This document shows, piece by piece, positions 1-9,995 of a DNA stretch of 64,000 bases; position 1 is the first letter of the stretch; the number at the start of each line of letters is the position of its first letter. Location of the stretch: NCBI GenBank assembly GCA_018334565.1, contig JAGXLU010000004.1:13909-77908 (forward strand). Direction: 5' to 3'. The translations under genes were made by a program, and so were the position numbers. The stretch is from Halanaerobiales bacterium (GTDB taxonomy: Bacteria > Bacillota > Halanaerobiia > Halanaerobiales > M55B127). The notes under the pieces were generated by a model, which saw only the letters and a program-made list of their open reading frames with translations, was not told the DNA's origin and did no database searches.

Positions 1-191
1 ATTGGCGGTAATAGTGAATTTGCAAGATCCAATTTATCCATATCATAAGGGTTTTGAGGTGCTATGACAGGTGCAAAAAGAGCTCCAAGAAATAATATAG
101 AAATTACTACCAGAGCAGTAACAGCTAAAGGTTTTTTTATAAAATGTATAAAAAATTTTGTTTTTCTTATTTGATTTATTTTATTTAACAT
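1..191 (-). CDS. ABC peptide/nickel transporter permease, DppC/OppC-like, N-terminal part (gene continues past window start)
   Basis: Minus-strand ATG at 191 with a GAGGTGA RBS, 15 nt after the upstream permease stop. Reads MLNKINQIRKTKFFIHFIKKPLAVTALVVISILFLGALFAPVIAPQNPYDMD. Same N-terminal layout as the DppC-like paralog at 56329-57186 (..IVPHNPYDL..). Confidence 0.7.
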   Translation of the reverse strand, partial: MLNKINQIRKTKFFIHFIKKPLAVTALVVISILFLGALFAPVIAPQNPYDMDKLDLANSLLPP

Positions 192-206
192 ATTTTCATC
201 ACCTCA

Positions 207-1172
207 TTAATACCTTATTTTTGGATTGAGAAATGCATATGAAATATCAACAAGAACATTTAAAATAACAACAATTAAAGCCACTATTATTACATAAGTA
301 GCTACAACTGGAAAATCACTTTCATACATTGAGTTCAAAAGTAAATTTCCCGCTCCCGGCCACTGGAATATGCTTTCGGTTACTATAGAAAAACCAATTA
401 GCTGTCCAAATTGCAGACCTACCATCGTTATAACTGGTATTAAAGCATTACGTAAGGCATGTTTAAATAAAACAGATTTACCTTTTAGACCTTTAGCCCA
501 GGCAGTCCTGATATATTCTGCTCCAAGTACTTCCAACATTGCCCCTCTTGTAATTCTAAATAATAGGGCCATTTGAAACATACCTAAAGTAAAAGCAGGT
601 AAAATAATATGCCTCCATCCATCAAAGGTAAGTAGACCACTTCTCCAAAAGTTTAAAATCGTTACAGTTTCACCTCTACCTGAAGTTGGCATTATGCCTA
701 AAATTATAGAAAATATATAAATTAATAAAATTCCAACTAGAAATGTTGGTAATGAGATTCCGAGCAAAGAACCCGTCATCAAAAATTTGCTGGCAAAATT
801 TTGGGGGTTTGCAGACACAAAAACCCCTAAACTAATACCTAGAATCACAGCAAAGGCTTCTGCTACAATAGCCAGTTCTAAACTAGCAGGTAATCTTTCT
901 AATATTAAATTTAAAACAGGTACTTTAGTCACATAAGACATACCAAAGTTGCCCTGAAAAGCATTTTTTAAAAAATTAAAATACTGAACATAAAAAGGTT
1001 TATTTAAACCGAGGGCTTCTCTAACTTCAGCCCTCTGTGCCTGAGTGGCATAACGACCTGCCAAAGTCATTACAGGATCACCCAGATATTGAAAAATTAT
1101 GAAGGCTATAAAAGAAACTAAAAACAATACTATAATACCCTGTAATATTCTTCTACCAATAAAAGCGCCCAT
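207..1172 (-). CDS. ABC peptide transporter permease, DppB/OppB-like
   Basis: 321-aa multi-TM ORF. Clear paralog of 57202-58167 (shared blocks LGLNKPxYxQYFNFxKNA, LPTFLxGILLI, RxALRNxxIPVITxxGLQ). Confidence 0.9.
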   Translation of the reverse strand: MGAFIGRRILQGIIVLFLVSFIAFIIFQYLGDPVMTLAGRYATQAQRAEVREALGLNKPFYVQYFNFLKNAFQGNFGMSYVTKVPVLNLILERLPASLELAIVAEAFAVILGISLGVFVSANPQNFASKFLMTGSLLGISLPTFLVGILLIYIFSIILGIMPTSGRGETVTILNFWRSGLLTFDGWRHIILPAFTLGMFQMALLFRITRGAMLEVLGAEYIRTAWAKGLKGKSVLFKHALRNALIPVITMVGLQFGQLIGFSIVTESIFQWPGAGNLLLNSMYESDFPVVATYVIIVALIVVILNVLVDISYAFLNPKIRY

Positions 1173-1214
1173 TATATATACTCCTGCTCCTCTCTTATCT
1201 GCTTAATATCCTTT

Positions 1215-1835
1215 TAATCGGGTAATCGGTAGATGAATTAATTCATCTACCGACCTCCCACACCTCTGTAAAAAAGGTCTCATATACAGCAGTTCAATAA
1301 CTATCTGTAAATCTTTCGATTGTATTAACTTTCATATTACATTCCATGCTCTGAATATTTATTGAGAAATTCCATTTTCTTTTCAATTAAGAAGCTCTAA
1401 TTAAAAGTTGACTGTGTCCTTCATGTTCTATGAAGTAATAACCAAATATATAATTATCGTTCTGTCCTTTAAAGCCAAAATTTCTAATGGCATATAAGTA
1501 CTATGACAGAAACTGACTCTCATCATAATTCTTATTTCAACCACATATCTAATGTGTCCATGAGACCTCAAAGGTTAAGTATTAAGTCTTTTATTTTATA
1601 TATCAGCCACATTTACTGTAATAACTTTCGCACCATAAAAACTTTGGTTTGTTTAACAAACTTATCAAGTTATAGTCAGCCTCAAATGTGATTTAAGTTC
1701 CTCGGACCAAACTTTGTTTTAAACTTCCTTCAGATTTATAATCACCTACGCCGCCCTTTTCATCAGCTATCTCCTAGATCATGTTCGGAATTCGAGTCTT
1801 TCACACTTTAGATTTAATACATACCTGTCAAATTA
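1215..1835 (-). mobile_element. ORF-less group IIC intron-like RNA, probably a relic
   Basis: The minus-strand read starts right after a hairpin plus U-tract. It contains ordered group II blocks: ..CGAATTCCGAAC, AATCTGAAGGAAG, CACATTTGAGGCT, GATAAGTTTG..AAACCAAAGT, GTCATAGTAC, AAGGACAGAAC, a DV-like TTGAACTGCTGTATA..TACAGAGGTG, and the 24-nt palindrome GGTAGATGAATTAATTCATCTACC. No RT ORF. About 3/4 identical by eye to 24113-24440 over domain I. Confidence 0.7.
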
Positions 1836-1842
1836 AAAGAAA

Positions 1843-1864
1843 GCATGGAGCAAGCGCTCCATGC
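1843..1864 (-). terminator. Stem-loop plus U-rich tract after the binding-protein gene (intra-operon terminator/attenuator; intron attachment point)
   Basis: Minus strand reads GCATGGAGC-GCTT-GCTCCATGC followed by TTTCTTTTAATTT, 28 nt after the stop of 1892-3457. Confidence 0.6.
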
Positions 1865-1891
1865 CTGAATACTTATATTCTATATCAATTT

Positions 1892-3457
1892 CTATTTAAA
1901 TGACATTTCTTTAAATACTATCCAAGTATCTGGTCTGGGCACAAAATGAACACTACTGCCCTTATTTATTGCATAGGTATCTTCCTGATAATGAAGCGGT
2001 ATTACAGCCACATTTTCTCTTCCCATCGCCAGCCTATTTAGATCTTCTAATAGGCTTGCTCTGATTGCAGGATCTATAACTTTTTTACTTGCTTCATATA
2101 TTTGATCAGCTACCTGGTCAGAATATCTTGCTCCATTAAAGGTTCCATATCCAGTTTCTTCATCTATTGTATGAAGTAATTTAGAATATGATCTACCAAA
2201 ATCAAAAGTGCCATCAAACCAACCAATTAGATAAAAATCTAATTCATTATTCATGACCTCTTCAAAATATACAGATTTAGGTTTGGCGTCTACCTCCACA
2301 TCTATTCCAACTTTTGAAAGATAGCTTGCCACAGTTGCAGCAATTTGTTCATCCTGTACATACCTGTCATTAGGAGCAGTTAAAGTGATTGAAAATCCAT
2401 CACCATAACCTGCTGCTTCTAGAAGCTCTTTGGCTCTCTTGGGATCATATGGTAACCTTTCAATTTTTTCACTATATCCAGCTGTCGGTGGATCAGGTAT
2501 TTGAGCAGCCGGTGTAGCATGACCAAACATCACTTTGTCTATCAACTCTTCTTCATTAATCGCCATATACATAGCCTGACGTACTCTTACATCAGAAGTT
2601 GGCATTTTATCTTCATTACTCAGACCTAAATAAATAGCCCTTCTTGACGGTCTAGCAATTACTTGTAAATCAGAATTGTTTTCCACTGCCTCATACATAG
2701 TTACAGGTATCCCCTGTAAAATATCCACTTCACCACTACTGATAGTAGCAAGCCTTGTTGAAGCCTCAGTTACAGGTCTTATCTCTGCTTGTTTAACTTC
2801 AGGTACATCATCCCAATATTCTTCATTGGCACTCATTTTTAAATATGAGCCTTTAACCCATTCATCAAAAACATATGGTCCCGTACCAATTGGTTCAGTA
2901 CCCATTTTACCCTGTGATCTTTCCATTGTAGATTCTTTGTCCACAATAAAAACCTGATGCATGTTTTGATCGAAATAAGGGATTGAATCTTTAGTTACAA
3001 TATCAATTACCCATTCATTTCCATCTACAGTACTTACAGATTCTATGGATGACCCAAAAGAAATAAATTCTGATACTTCAGGATTTTCTAGTCTTTCTGC
3101 AAATGTATACTGTACATCTTCCCAGGTAAAATCATTCCCATTGTGGAATTTAACTCCTTTTCTTAGTTCAAATCGCCAGGTAAAACGATCAACTCTTTCC
3201 CAGTTAGTTGCCAAAGCTGGCATTAATTCACCCTTTGTATTCCTTTGTAAAAGTCCTTCAAACATATTACTCATTATCGAAAGATTCGAATCAGCATCTG
3301 AACCGTGTGGATTCATTGTCCTAGGTGGTGCCTCAACAGCAACTGAAACCTGACTATCTTGTGCAAAAACTCCCATACTCCCTATTAATAAAAGACTAAC
3401 AACAATAAATAAAATAAGAATCTTACTACTTTTAATACTCATTACTCTCCTCCTCAT
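1892..3457 (-). CDS. ABC transporter substrate-binding protein, family 5 (peptide/nickel)
   Basis: 521 aa with an N-terminal signal/TM segment. Shares WxFxLxKGVKFHNGxDF, GTGPY and EYWD/DYWG blocks with the paralog at 58231-59745. Confidence 0.9.
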   Translation of the reverse strand: MRRRVMSIKSSKILILFIVVSLLLIGSMGVFAQDSQVSVAVEAPPRTMNPHGSDADSNLSIMSNMFEGLLQRNTKGELMPALATNWERVDRFTWRFELRKGVKFHNGNDFTWEDVQYTFAERLENPEVSEFISFGSSIESVSTVDGNEWVIDIVTKDSIPYFDQNMHQVFIVDKESTMERSQGKMGTEPIGTGPYVFDEWVKGSYLKMSANEEYWDDVPEVKQAEIRPVTEASTRLATISSGEVDILQGIPVTMYEAVENNSDLQVIARPSRRAIYLGLSNEDKMPTSDVRVRQAMYMAINEEELIDKVMFGHATPAAQIPDPPTAGYSEKIERLPYDPKRAKELLEAAGYGDGFSITLTAPNDRYVQDEQIAATVASYLSKVGIDVEVDAKPKSVYFEEVMNNELDFYLIGWFDGTFDFGRSYSKLLHTIDEETGYGTFNGARYSDQVADQIYEASKKVIDPAIRASLLEDLNRLAMGRENVAVIPLHYQEDTYAINKGSSVHFVPRPDTWIVFKEMSFK

Positions 3458-3523
3458 TATTATATACTGTTCATTATATAAAAATATTGCTTTACTTGCA
3501 AACAGAATGAAATATTTTAAATA

Positions 3524-5053
3524 TTATGATAGTGCAAAACTGTCTCTAATTTTATTAATTAAAACATTAGAATCAATAAGTTCTTTTGCCTTCTTAATTT
3601 CTGGATACAATATCCTATCATGTTTGAGAAATCCTATATTTTCTCTGATACATTCATAAATTTTGACTGTGCCTTCTCCTAAATCCTGTTCTGGTTTTTC
3701 TGTTCTGAGATCAACTGCCTGAGCGGCTGTTAATAATTCGATTGCTATGATTTGAGCCACATTATCACAAATTTTATATAAATTTCTGGCACTGATTGAT
3801 CCCATACTCACATGATCTTCCTGATTGGCTGAAGTCGGAATTGAATCGGTACTGGAAGGATTAGCCAGTATTTTGTTTTCAGAAACAATAGAAGCTGAAG
3901 TATATTGGGCTATCATATAACCAGAGTTTAAACCTCCATGTCTAGTCAAAAACATTTCTAAACCATTATTTAAACTGCTGTCTATTAGTTTCGCTGTTCT
4001 TCTTTCTGATACATTACCAATCTCACTAACTGCCATACCTAAATAATCACTACTTAAGGCCAAAGGTTGTCCGTGAAAATTTCCTCCTGAAATAACCTTA
4101 TTCTGCCCGGAAAATATTAAAGGGTTATCAGTAACAGAATTAATTTCCCTTTCCACAATTTCTGTAACATGTGATAAACAATCTCTTGTCGCCCCATGTA
4201 TCTGTGGCCCACATCTTAAAGTATAAGAATCTTGCACCCTTTCATCATCTATATCTACCATTAGATTACTGTTTTTAATCAGTTTTCTTATATTTTGAGC
4301 TGATTTAATTTGTCCGGGATGAGGCCTCAATTTATGAATATCTTCATCAAAGGGTCCTTTTATACCTTTTAGCCCCTCTAAAGAAAGCGCCAATGCTAAA
4401 TCAATTGCGATAATTAGTTTTTTAGCCCTAATGATACTCATGGATTCTAAAGCGGACATCATCTGTGTCCCATTAATGAGCGCTAGACCCTCTTTACTAT
4501 CCAATTTGACAGGTTGAATGTCTTCCTTTTTTAAAGCTGTAATACTATCCACTATATCCCCTTTATATTTGACTTCACCCTTTGCTAACAGGGGTAATAC
4601 CATATGGGCTAATGGTACTAGATCACCACTGGCACCTACAGATCCTTGCTCAGGTATTAAAGGAATAATATCTCTGTTAAACATTTTAATCATACTTTTA
4701 AGTGTATGAAGTTTTATGCCCGAATAACCCTTAGCTAAAGCATTGATACGTAAAAGTATCATTGTTTTAGAGGTCTGGTCATCCAGATAGACTCCCGAAC
4801 CTGCAGCATGACTTACAATCAAGTTTTCCTGTAACTGTATTATTTTATCTTCCGATATTTTTTTGTTACTGAACTTCCCAAAGCCAGTATTGATACCATA
4901 AATTACTTTTTGGCTTTTTATAAATTTTTCTACAGTAGCCCTTGATTTCAAGATATTTTTTTCTGCTTGCTTAGATAAAGCAATCTTTTTATGAGAAAAG
5001 ATTATATCTTCAATTTTATCAATATTCAGATTTTCACCGTTTATATAGTACAA
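3524..5053 (-). CDS. hutH: Histidine ammonia-lyase
   Basis: 509 aa. Aromatic amino-acid lyase family with the MIO-forming ASG in GSVGASGDLVPLAH. Lies in the hut cluster. Confidence 0.9.
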   Translation of the reverse strand: MYYINGENLNIDKIEDIIFSHKKIALSKQAEKNILKSRATVEKFIKSQKVIYGINTGFGKFSNKKISEDKIIQLQENLIVSHAAGSGVYLDDQTSKTMILLRINALAKGYSGIKLHTLKSMIKMFNRDIIPLIPEQGSVGASGDLVPLAHMVLPLLAKGEVKYKGDIVDSITALKKEDIQPVKLDSKEGLALINGTQMMSALESMSIIRAKKLIIAIDLALALSLEGLKGIKGPFDEDIHKLRPHPGQIKSAQNIRKLIKNSNLMVDIDDERVQDSYTLRCGPQIHGATRDCLSHVTEIVEREINSVTDNPLIFSGQNKVISGGNFHGQPLALSSDYLGMAVSEIGNVSERRTAKLIDSSLNNGLEMFLTRHGGLNSGYMIAQYTSASIVSENKILANPSSTDSIPTSANQEDHVSMGSISARNLYKICDNVAQIIAIELLTAAQAVDLRTEKPEQDLGEGTVKIYECIRENIGFLKHDRILYPEIKKAKELIDSNVLINKIRDSFALS

Positions 5054-5117
5054 GATCCTTCTCCTTCCCTAATCAATATTGTAAATAAAATGTAAATATT
5101 TTTATTTATTTAAAATC

Positions 5118-5723
5118 CTATAATATCTTATTTAAACATAAATCCTCTATTCTATCAGCAATTATTTGGCTCTCTCTAACCAGATTTTTAGTTTTTTTAT
5201 TTAGTTTTTCTGTTTTGCTTTTATCTTTAAAAGATGCAGTGTTAATATACACATTGTAGGCTGCCCCTTTTATGCTCGAAATGGCCATCAAAGCAGCAAC
5301 TCCCACATCTGAAATTGCATTTTTATTACCTTTTTGAGCTACATCTTCTGTAATTTCTAAAATGCTTTTGGCAACTTTAATCGTTTCAAGTGGTGTTAAA
5401 GAGGCGTTATATAAAGCAGTTTGAATCGCTTCTTTCCGTTTTTGTATCTCCTGTTCTGTTTGTCTACTCATTTTAAAAGCCTCCATCACTTCGTTAAAAC
5501 TTAGAGCATCTTTATCAATTAATTCTAAAGCAAACTCAATATTCTCTTTTAATTTCTTCATATATTCATTGAGTTCACTGTCTTCTGTAAGGCTAATTAC
5601 CATTGATAATAAAGATGCTGAAAGTGCCGCCGATAAACCAGCCACACTTCCTCCACCAGGAGTAGGTGAACTGCTGGACAACTTATTGTTAAACTCTTTT
5701 AGACTCATATTTGCAAAACTCAT
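5118..5723 (-). CDS. Formimidoyl-THF cyclodeaminase / methenyl-THF cyclohydrolase family protein (FTCD C-terminal-like)
   Basis: 201 aa. The N-terminal SSSPTPGGGSVAGLSAALSASLLSMV is the family signature. Located between hutU and hutH. Confidence 0.8.
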   Translation of the reverse strand: MSFANMSLKEFNNKLSSSSPTPGGGSVAGLSAALSASLLSMVISLTEDSELNEYMKKLKENIEFALELIDKDALSFNEVMEAFKMSRQTEQEIQKRKEAIQTALYNASLTPLETIKVAKSILEITEDVAQKGNKNAISDVGVAALMAISSIKGAAYNVYINTASFKDKSKTEKLNKKTKNLVRESQIIADRIEDLCLNKIL

Positions 5724-5727
5724 TTTT

Positions 5728-7752
5728 TCACTCCTGTTTTATGTTTTTTTTAACTAACCCTTTTATTAACTCACCATCAGCAATATTAGGTATGGTGATT
5801 TGACCTCGACTGGCATTTTTTTGATTCCATTTATCAGCAGTCTCTAAAGCATTTTGGTTTCTTGCCCAGGCCCTTCTGGCAATTCCTCCATTCACATCCC
5901 AGTCTAAAGCGTTTTTTATAATATTGTCTATTCTTTTACTACCATCTAAAACAAGACCAAATCCCCCATTAAATGCCTTCCCAATACCAACTCCTCCTCC
6001 ATTGCTTTCTACAACCATACTCATGCCTCGAGCCGCATTACCTGCAAAACATTGTATCGACATTTCAGCCATTATATTACTACCATCTTTAATATTAGAG
6101 GTTTCTCTAAATGGCGAATCAGTACCTCCAACATCATGATGATCCCTTCCCAACATAATAGGACCCACTTCTTTTTTTCTAATTAACTCATTAAACTTTA
6201 AAGCTATATCTATTCTGCCTTGGGCATCAGCATATAATATACGCGCTTTAGATCCTACAACCAAATCATTATCTTCAGCATCTCTTATCCAGTTATAGTT
6301 GTCTCTATCCTGTGCCCTTCTCTCAGGTTCTATTTCCTGCATAGCAGCTTTATCAGTTTTTCTTAGATCCTCATCTTTACCACTTAAGCATACCCAGCGA
6401 AATGGACCATATCCATAATCAAAACAAATTGGTCCCATTATATTTTCCACATAGGAAGGAAAAATGAATCCCTCTGAAGTATCTGTTTTATTTTTTGCAA
6501 TTTCTTTTACATCAGCGTCAAAAACTGCTTTCATAAAACTATTTCCATAATCCCAAAAATTTGCTCCTCTTGAGACCAACTTTTTAAGAACTTTAAAATG
6601 ACGTCTCAGACTCCTATCCACCTCTTTTTTAAATTTTTGAGGATCATTTTGCATAAGCCGTCTTCCTTCTGCAAAAGTATAATCAACAGGAGTATATCCG
6701 CCCGAGTAAACGGCATGACATGATGTTTGATCTGATAATAATTCAATCTCTACCTTTTCTGTTTCAACATATTCTAACAAATCAACTATATTGCCATGGT
6801 AAGCTATAGAAACTGCTTCCTCCTTATTTTTATACTCCTCTACCCATGCAAATATTTGATTAAGATCAGAAGATTTTTTAGAGAGCCACCCCTGCTCAAA
6901 TCTCGTATCAATTCTAGATTTATCAACCTCTGCAATCACACCGACTCCTCCTGCAATTTCTACAGCTTTTGCCTGTGCACCGCTCATGCCGCCCAAACCA
7001 GAACTAATATATAAATGCCCCTTTAAATTTTTATCTTCTGGTATTCCCAAAAATAATCTACCCGCATTCAGCAAGGTTAGATATGTGCCGTGTACAATTC
7101 CCTGTGGACCAATATACATCCAACCTCCAGCAGTCATCTGTCCATAATTAGCAACACCCATAGCCGCTGCTTTATTAAACCATTTTTCATTATCAAACAT
7201 ACCGATCATTAGAGCATTTGTCACAATTACTCTTGGGCTACTCGGTCTGGAAGGAAATAAACCGAGTGGATGACCTGACTGGACTACAAGTGTCTGTTCT
7301 TCTGTCATAATCTCTAAATATTTTTTTATTAATCTGTACTGCATCCAATTCTGGCATACCTGACCCGATTCCCCATAAGTTACTAATTCATATGGATACA
7401 AAGCAACATCAAAATCTAAATTATTATCAATCATTAATTGGATAGCTTGACCCTCAATAGTATTGGCTTTATATTGATCAACAGGTTTGGCTTTAATTCT
7501 ACCCTGTGGTCTATACCTATATCCATAAATTCTACCTCTGTGTAATAATTCATCTAAAAATTCTGACGCTATCTCTCCATGTAAATGTTCAGGGATATAC
7601 CGTAAAGCATTTTTTAAGGCCAGTTCAATTTGATGCTTATTTAAATTTAACTCTCTTTTGGGTGCTCTTCTTATCTCGTTTTTAAACTCCTTTTTTTTTG
7701 GTAAAGAGTCCGGCAGTTTAACTTTTTGATTGGACTTTTGATATTTAACCAC
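5728..7752 (-). CDS. hutU: Urocanate hydratase (long form)
   Basis: 674 aa. Urocanase blocks GGWMYIGPQGIVHGT and SSGLGGMSGAQ. Starts 3 nt after hutI. Confidence 0.9.
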   Translation of the reverse strand: MVKYQKSNQKVKLPDSLPKKKEFKNEIRRAPKRELNLNKHQIELALKNALRYIPEHLHGEIASEFLDELLHRGRIYGYRYRPQGRIKAKPVDQYKANTIEGQAIQLMIDNNLDFDVALYPYELVTYGESGQVCQNWMQYRLIKKYLEIMTEEQTLVVQSGHPLGLFPSRPSSPRVIVTNALMIGMFDNEKWFNKAAAMGVANYGQMTAGGWMYIGPQGIVHGTYLTLLNAGRLFLGIPEDKNLKGHLYISSGLGGMSGAQAKAVEIAGGVGVIAEVDKSRIDTRFEQGWLSKKSSDLNQIFAWVEEYKNKEEAVSIAYHGNIVDLLEYVETEKVEIELLSDQTSCHAVYSGGYTPVDYTFAEGRRLMQNDPQKFKKEVDRSLRRHFKVLKKLVSRGANFWDYGNSFMKAVFDADVKEIAKNKTDTSEGFIFPSYVENIMGPICFDYGYGPFRWVCLSGKDEDLRKTDKAAMQEIEPERRAQDRDNYNWIRDAEDNDLVVGSKARILYADAQGRIDIALKFNELIRKKEVGPIMLGRDHHDVGGTDSPFRETSNIKDGSNIMAEMSIQCFAGNAARGMSMVVESNGGGVGIGKAFNGGFGLVLDGSKRIDNIIKNALDWDVNGGIARRAWARNQNALETADKWNQKNASRGQITIPNIADGELIKGLVKKNIKQE

Positions 7753-7755
7753 AAA

Positions 7756-9021
7756 TTAGTCCCCCTTTATTTTCCTATTTTTTAGGTCATTATTGAAAAC
7801 TAACTTTCCATTTTTAAAAACTTTTTGAACTAAATTAACACTGAAATTATAAAATAAATGATTATAATGAGGTGCATCAATAATCAACAGATCTGCCTTT
7901 TTGCCTATCTCAATACTGCCAACTTCTTTTTCTTTATTTAAAGCACATGCTGCATTTATTGTTAAAGCATTTATCGCTTCTTCAGGCGACATATTCATAT
8001 ACATTACAGCTAAAGAAAGTAGAAGTGGTATTGACTGAGAATAACTACTGCCCGGATTTAAGTCTGTAGCAAGTGCAACAGGTATACCCATTTCGATCAT
8101 CTTTCTGGCATCAGCATATTCTTCCTGCAAAGAAAATGCAGTTAGAGGAAGAAGAACTGCTATCACATTATTTTTTTTTAAACTTGTTAACCCTTTTTTT
8201 GATGTTTTCAACAAATGATCTGCAGAAACCGCTTTAAGCTCACCTGCTAATTGTGCAGCACCTGTGTTTATAATTTCATCTGCATGTATTTTCAATTCAA
8301 AGTCCAGTTCAGCTGCAAATTTTAATAATTTTTTGGACTGCTGGTAGTTAAAAGCCCCTTCATCACAAAAAACATCACAAAACTCAGCTAAATTTTCATC
8401 TGCTAATAATGGTATTACTTCTTTAATAATATAGTCTACATAACTATCAGAATCATTTTCGTATTCCTTTGGAACTGCATGAGCACCTAGATAGGTAGAT
8501 ATTATATCTATATCCTCTCTTTTATTTAATTGATCCATTACCTGAAGTTGTTTGATCTCTGTCTTTTTATCAAGCCCATAACCGCTTTTACCTTCCAGAG
8601 TCGTAACCCCATAACTTAAGAAGGCATCAAGCCTCTTGCTTGATATTTCTAGTAATTTATTAAAAGAAATTTCTCGGGTGGCCTTGACAGTGCTTAAAAT
8701 ACCTCCTCCTTTTTTTAAAATATCAATATAAGGGATGCCTTTCAGCCGCATTTTGAATTCCTCTGAACGATCACCTGCAAAAACAAAATGAGTATGAGGA
8801 TCAATAAATCCTGGCAAGACAACCTTTTTTTGTACATCTAAGACTTTTGCAAATTTATACTCATTATTTAAAAGCTTGGATTTGCCAAAGTCAACAATCT
8901 TACCATCGTTAATTACTAAATAAGCATCATCAATAACTTCGAGTTCCCCCATTTGAGGACCGACCTTGGGAGAACTATCTCCTACCTTCACAAGTTGAGA
9001 AATATTTTTTATTAAAAGCAT
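7756..9021 (-). CDS. hutI: Imidazolonepropionase
   Basis: 421-aa amidohydrolase with PGFIDPHTHFVFAG and KIHADE motifs. Its start overlaps the formiminotransferase stop. Confidence 0.9.
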   Translation of the reverse strand: MLLIKNISQLVKVGDSSPKVGPQMGELEVIDDAYLVINDGKIVDFGKSKLLNNEYKFAKVLDVQKKVVLPGFIDPHTHFVFAGDRSEEFKMRLKGIPYIDILKKGGGILSTVKATREISFNKLLEISSKRLDAFLSYGVTTLEGKSGYGLDKKTEIKQLQVMDQLNKREDIDIISTYLGAHAVPKEYENDSDSYVDYIIKEVIPLLADENLAEFCDVFCDEGAFNYQQSKKLLKFAAELDFELKIHADEIINTGAAQLAGELKAVSADHLLKTSKKGLTSLKKNNVIAVLLPLTAFSLQEEYADARKMIEMGIPVALATDLNPGSSYSQSIPLLLSLAVMYMNMSPEEAINALTINAACALNKEKEVGSIEIGKKADLLIIDAPHYNHLFYNFSVNLVQKVFKNGKLVFNNDLKNRKIKGD

Positions 9022-9923
9022 TATAAGTCCTCCAATAATCTATTCTCCATAACCTGCTCTTCTTTAAAATCATTTAATCTTAGATAATATTCTGCACTAT
9101 CAAAAAGAGCCTTAGCAGGTAATAAACCGATTATTTCACTTCCCGATATATTCACACCATATCTCTTGGCTTCGATTTTAACCATTTCAAAAGATTGGTA
9201 AAGAGAGGTTTGTGTATAATCAGTCATATTCATAGATACCTGCACAATATCTTTCTCTTTTAAATTAATACCTATTGCTTTAACATATCTTAACCCACCA
9301 TTGGAATTCCTGATTTTTTTAGCAATTTTATTGGCTATTTGAATATCTGAAGTTGCCAGATTAATATTGAATGCAACCAAAGGCATACGTGCCCCTATAG
9401 TTGTAGCACCAGCTGTTTTATGTAATTTAGTGGGCCCATAATCGGGTTTCCACTTTTCTTTTTTTATCTTGTCTTTAAATCCTTCATATTCTCCTCGTCT
9501 AATATCAGCTAGATTCTTCCTTTCTACAGTTTTAGCAGCTTCTTCATAAAGATAGATCGGCAATTTAAATTTATCTGCAGCCTTTTCAGCTACCTCGTTG
9601 GCTAGCTTAACTGCATCTTTCATTTCAACATTTTTTACCGGTGTAAATGGGACAACATCAACAGCTCCCATTCTGGGATGTTCTCCCTCATGTTTGTTCA
9701 TATCTATCAATTCAATTGCTCTTTCCATTGCTTCGATCACGGAATATTTTAACCCCGCATATCCTCCCAACAATGTTACCACTAATCTATTATGGTCTTT
9801 ATCAGCAGAATAATTTAAAAGTTTTACTTCACCATTTTTACGGAATGGTTCAACAATCATTTCAATTTTATCACTATCTCTTCCCTCACTAAAATTTGGA
9901 ATACATTCAAATAATTTGGCCAT
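9021..9923 (-). CDS. Glutamate formimidoyltransferase
   Basis: 300 aa. N-terminus is FECIPNFSEGRD, typical of the formiminotransferase domain. First gene of the hut block. Confidence 0.85.
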   Translation of the reverse strand: MAKLFECIPNFSEGRDSDKIEMIVEPFRKNGEVKLLNYSADKDHNRLVVTLLGGYAGLKYSVIEAMERAIELIDMNKHEGEHPRMGAVDVVPFTPVKNVEMKDAVKLANEVAEKAADKFKLPIYLYEEAAKTVERKNLADIRRGEYEGFKDKIKKEKWKPDYGPTKLHKTAGATTIGARMPLVAFNINLATSDIQIANKIAKKIRNSNGGLRYVKAIGINLKEKDIVQVSMNMTDYTQTSLYQSFEMVKIEAKRYGVNISGSEIIGLLPAKALFDSAEYYLRLNDFKEEQVMENRLLEDL

Positions 9924-9995
9924 AAAAATACCCCTCTTTTTAAAAAAATTGTACCACCATTAAAATGTTTATTAAAAAATTATAAATAATAGATT

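Noticed and set aside
1503-1691. 62-aa plus-strand ORF in the gap between the binding-protein and permease genes.
   Set aside because: It lies antisense within the group II intron-like RNA, has no RBS, and the homologous copy at 24113-24440 does not preserve the frame.
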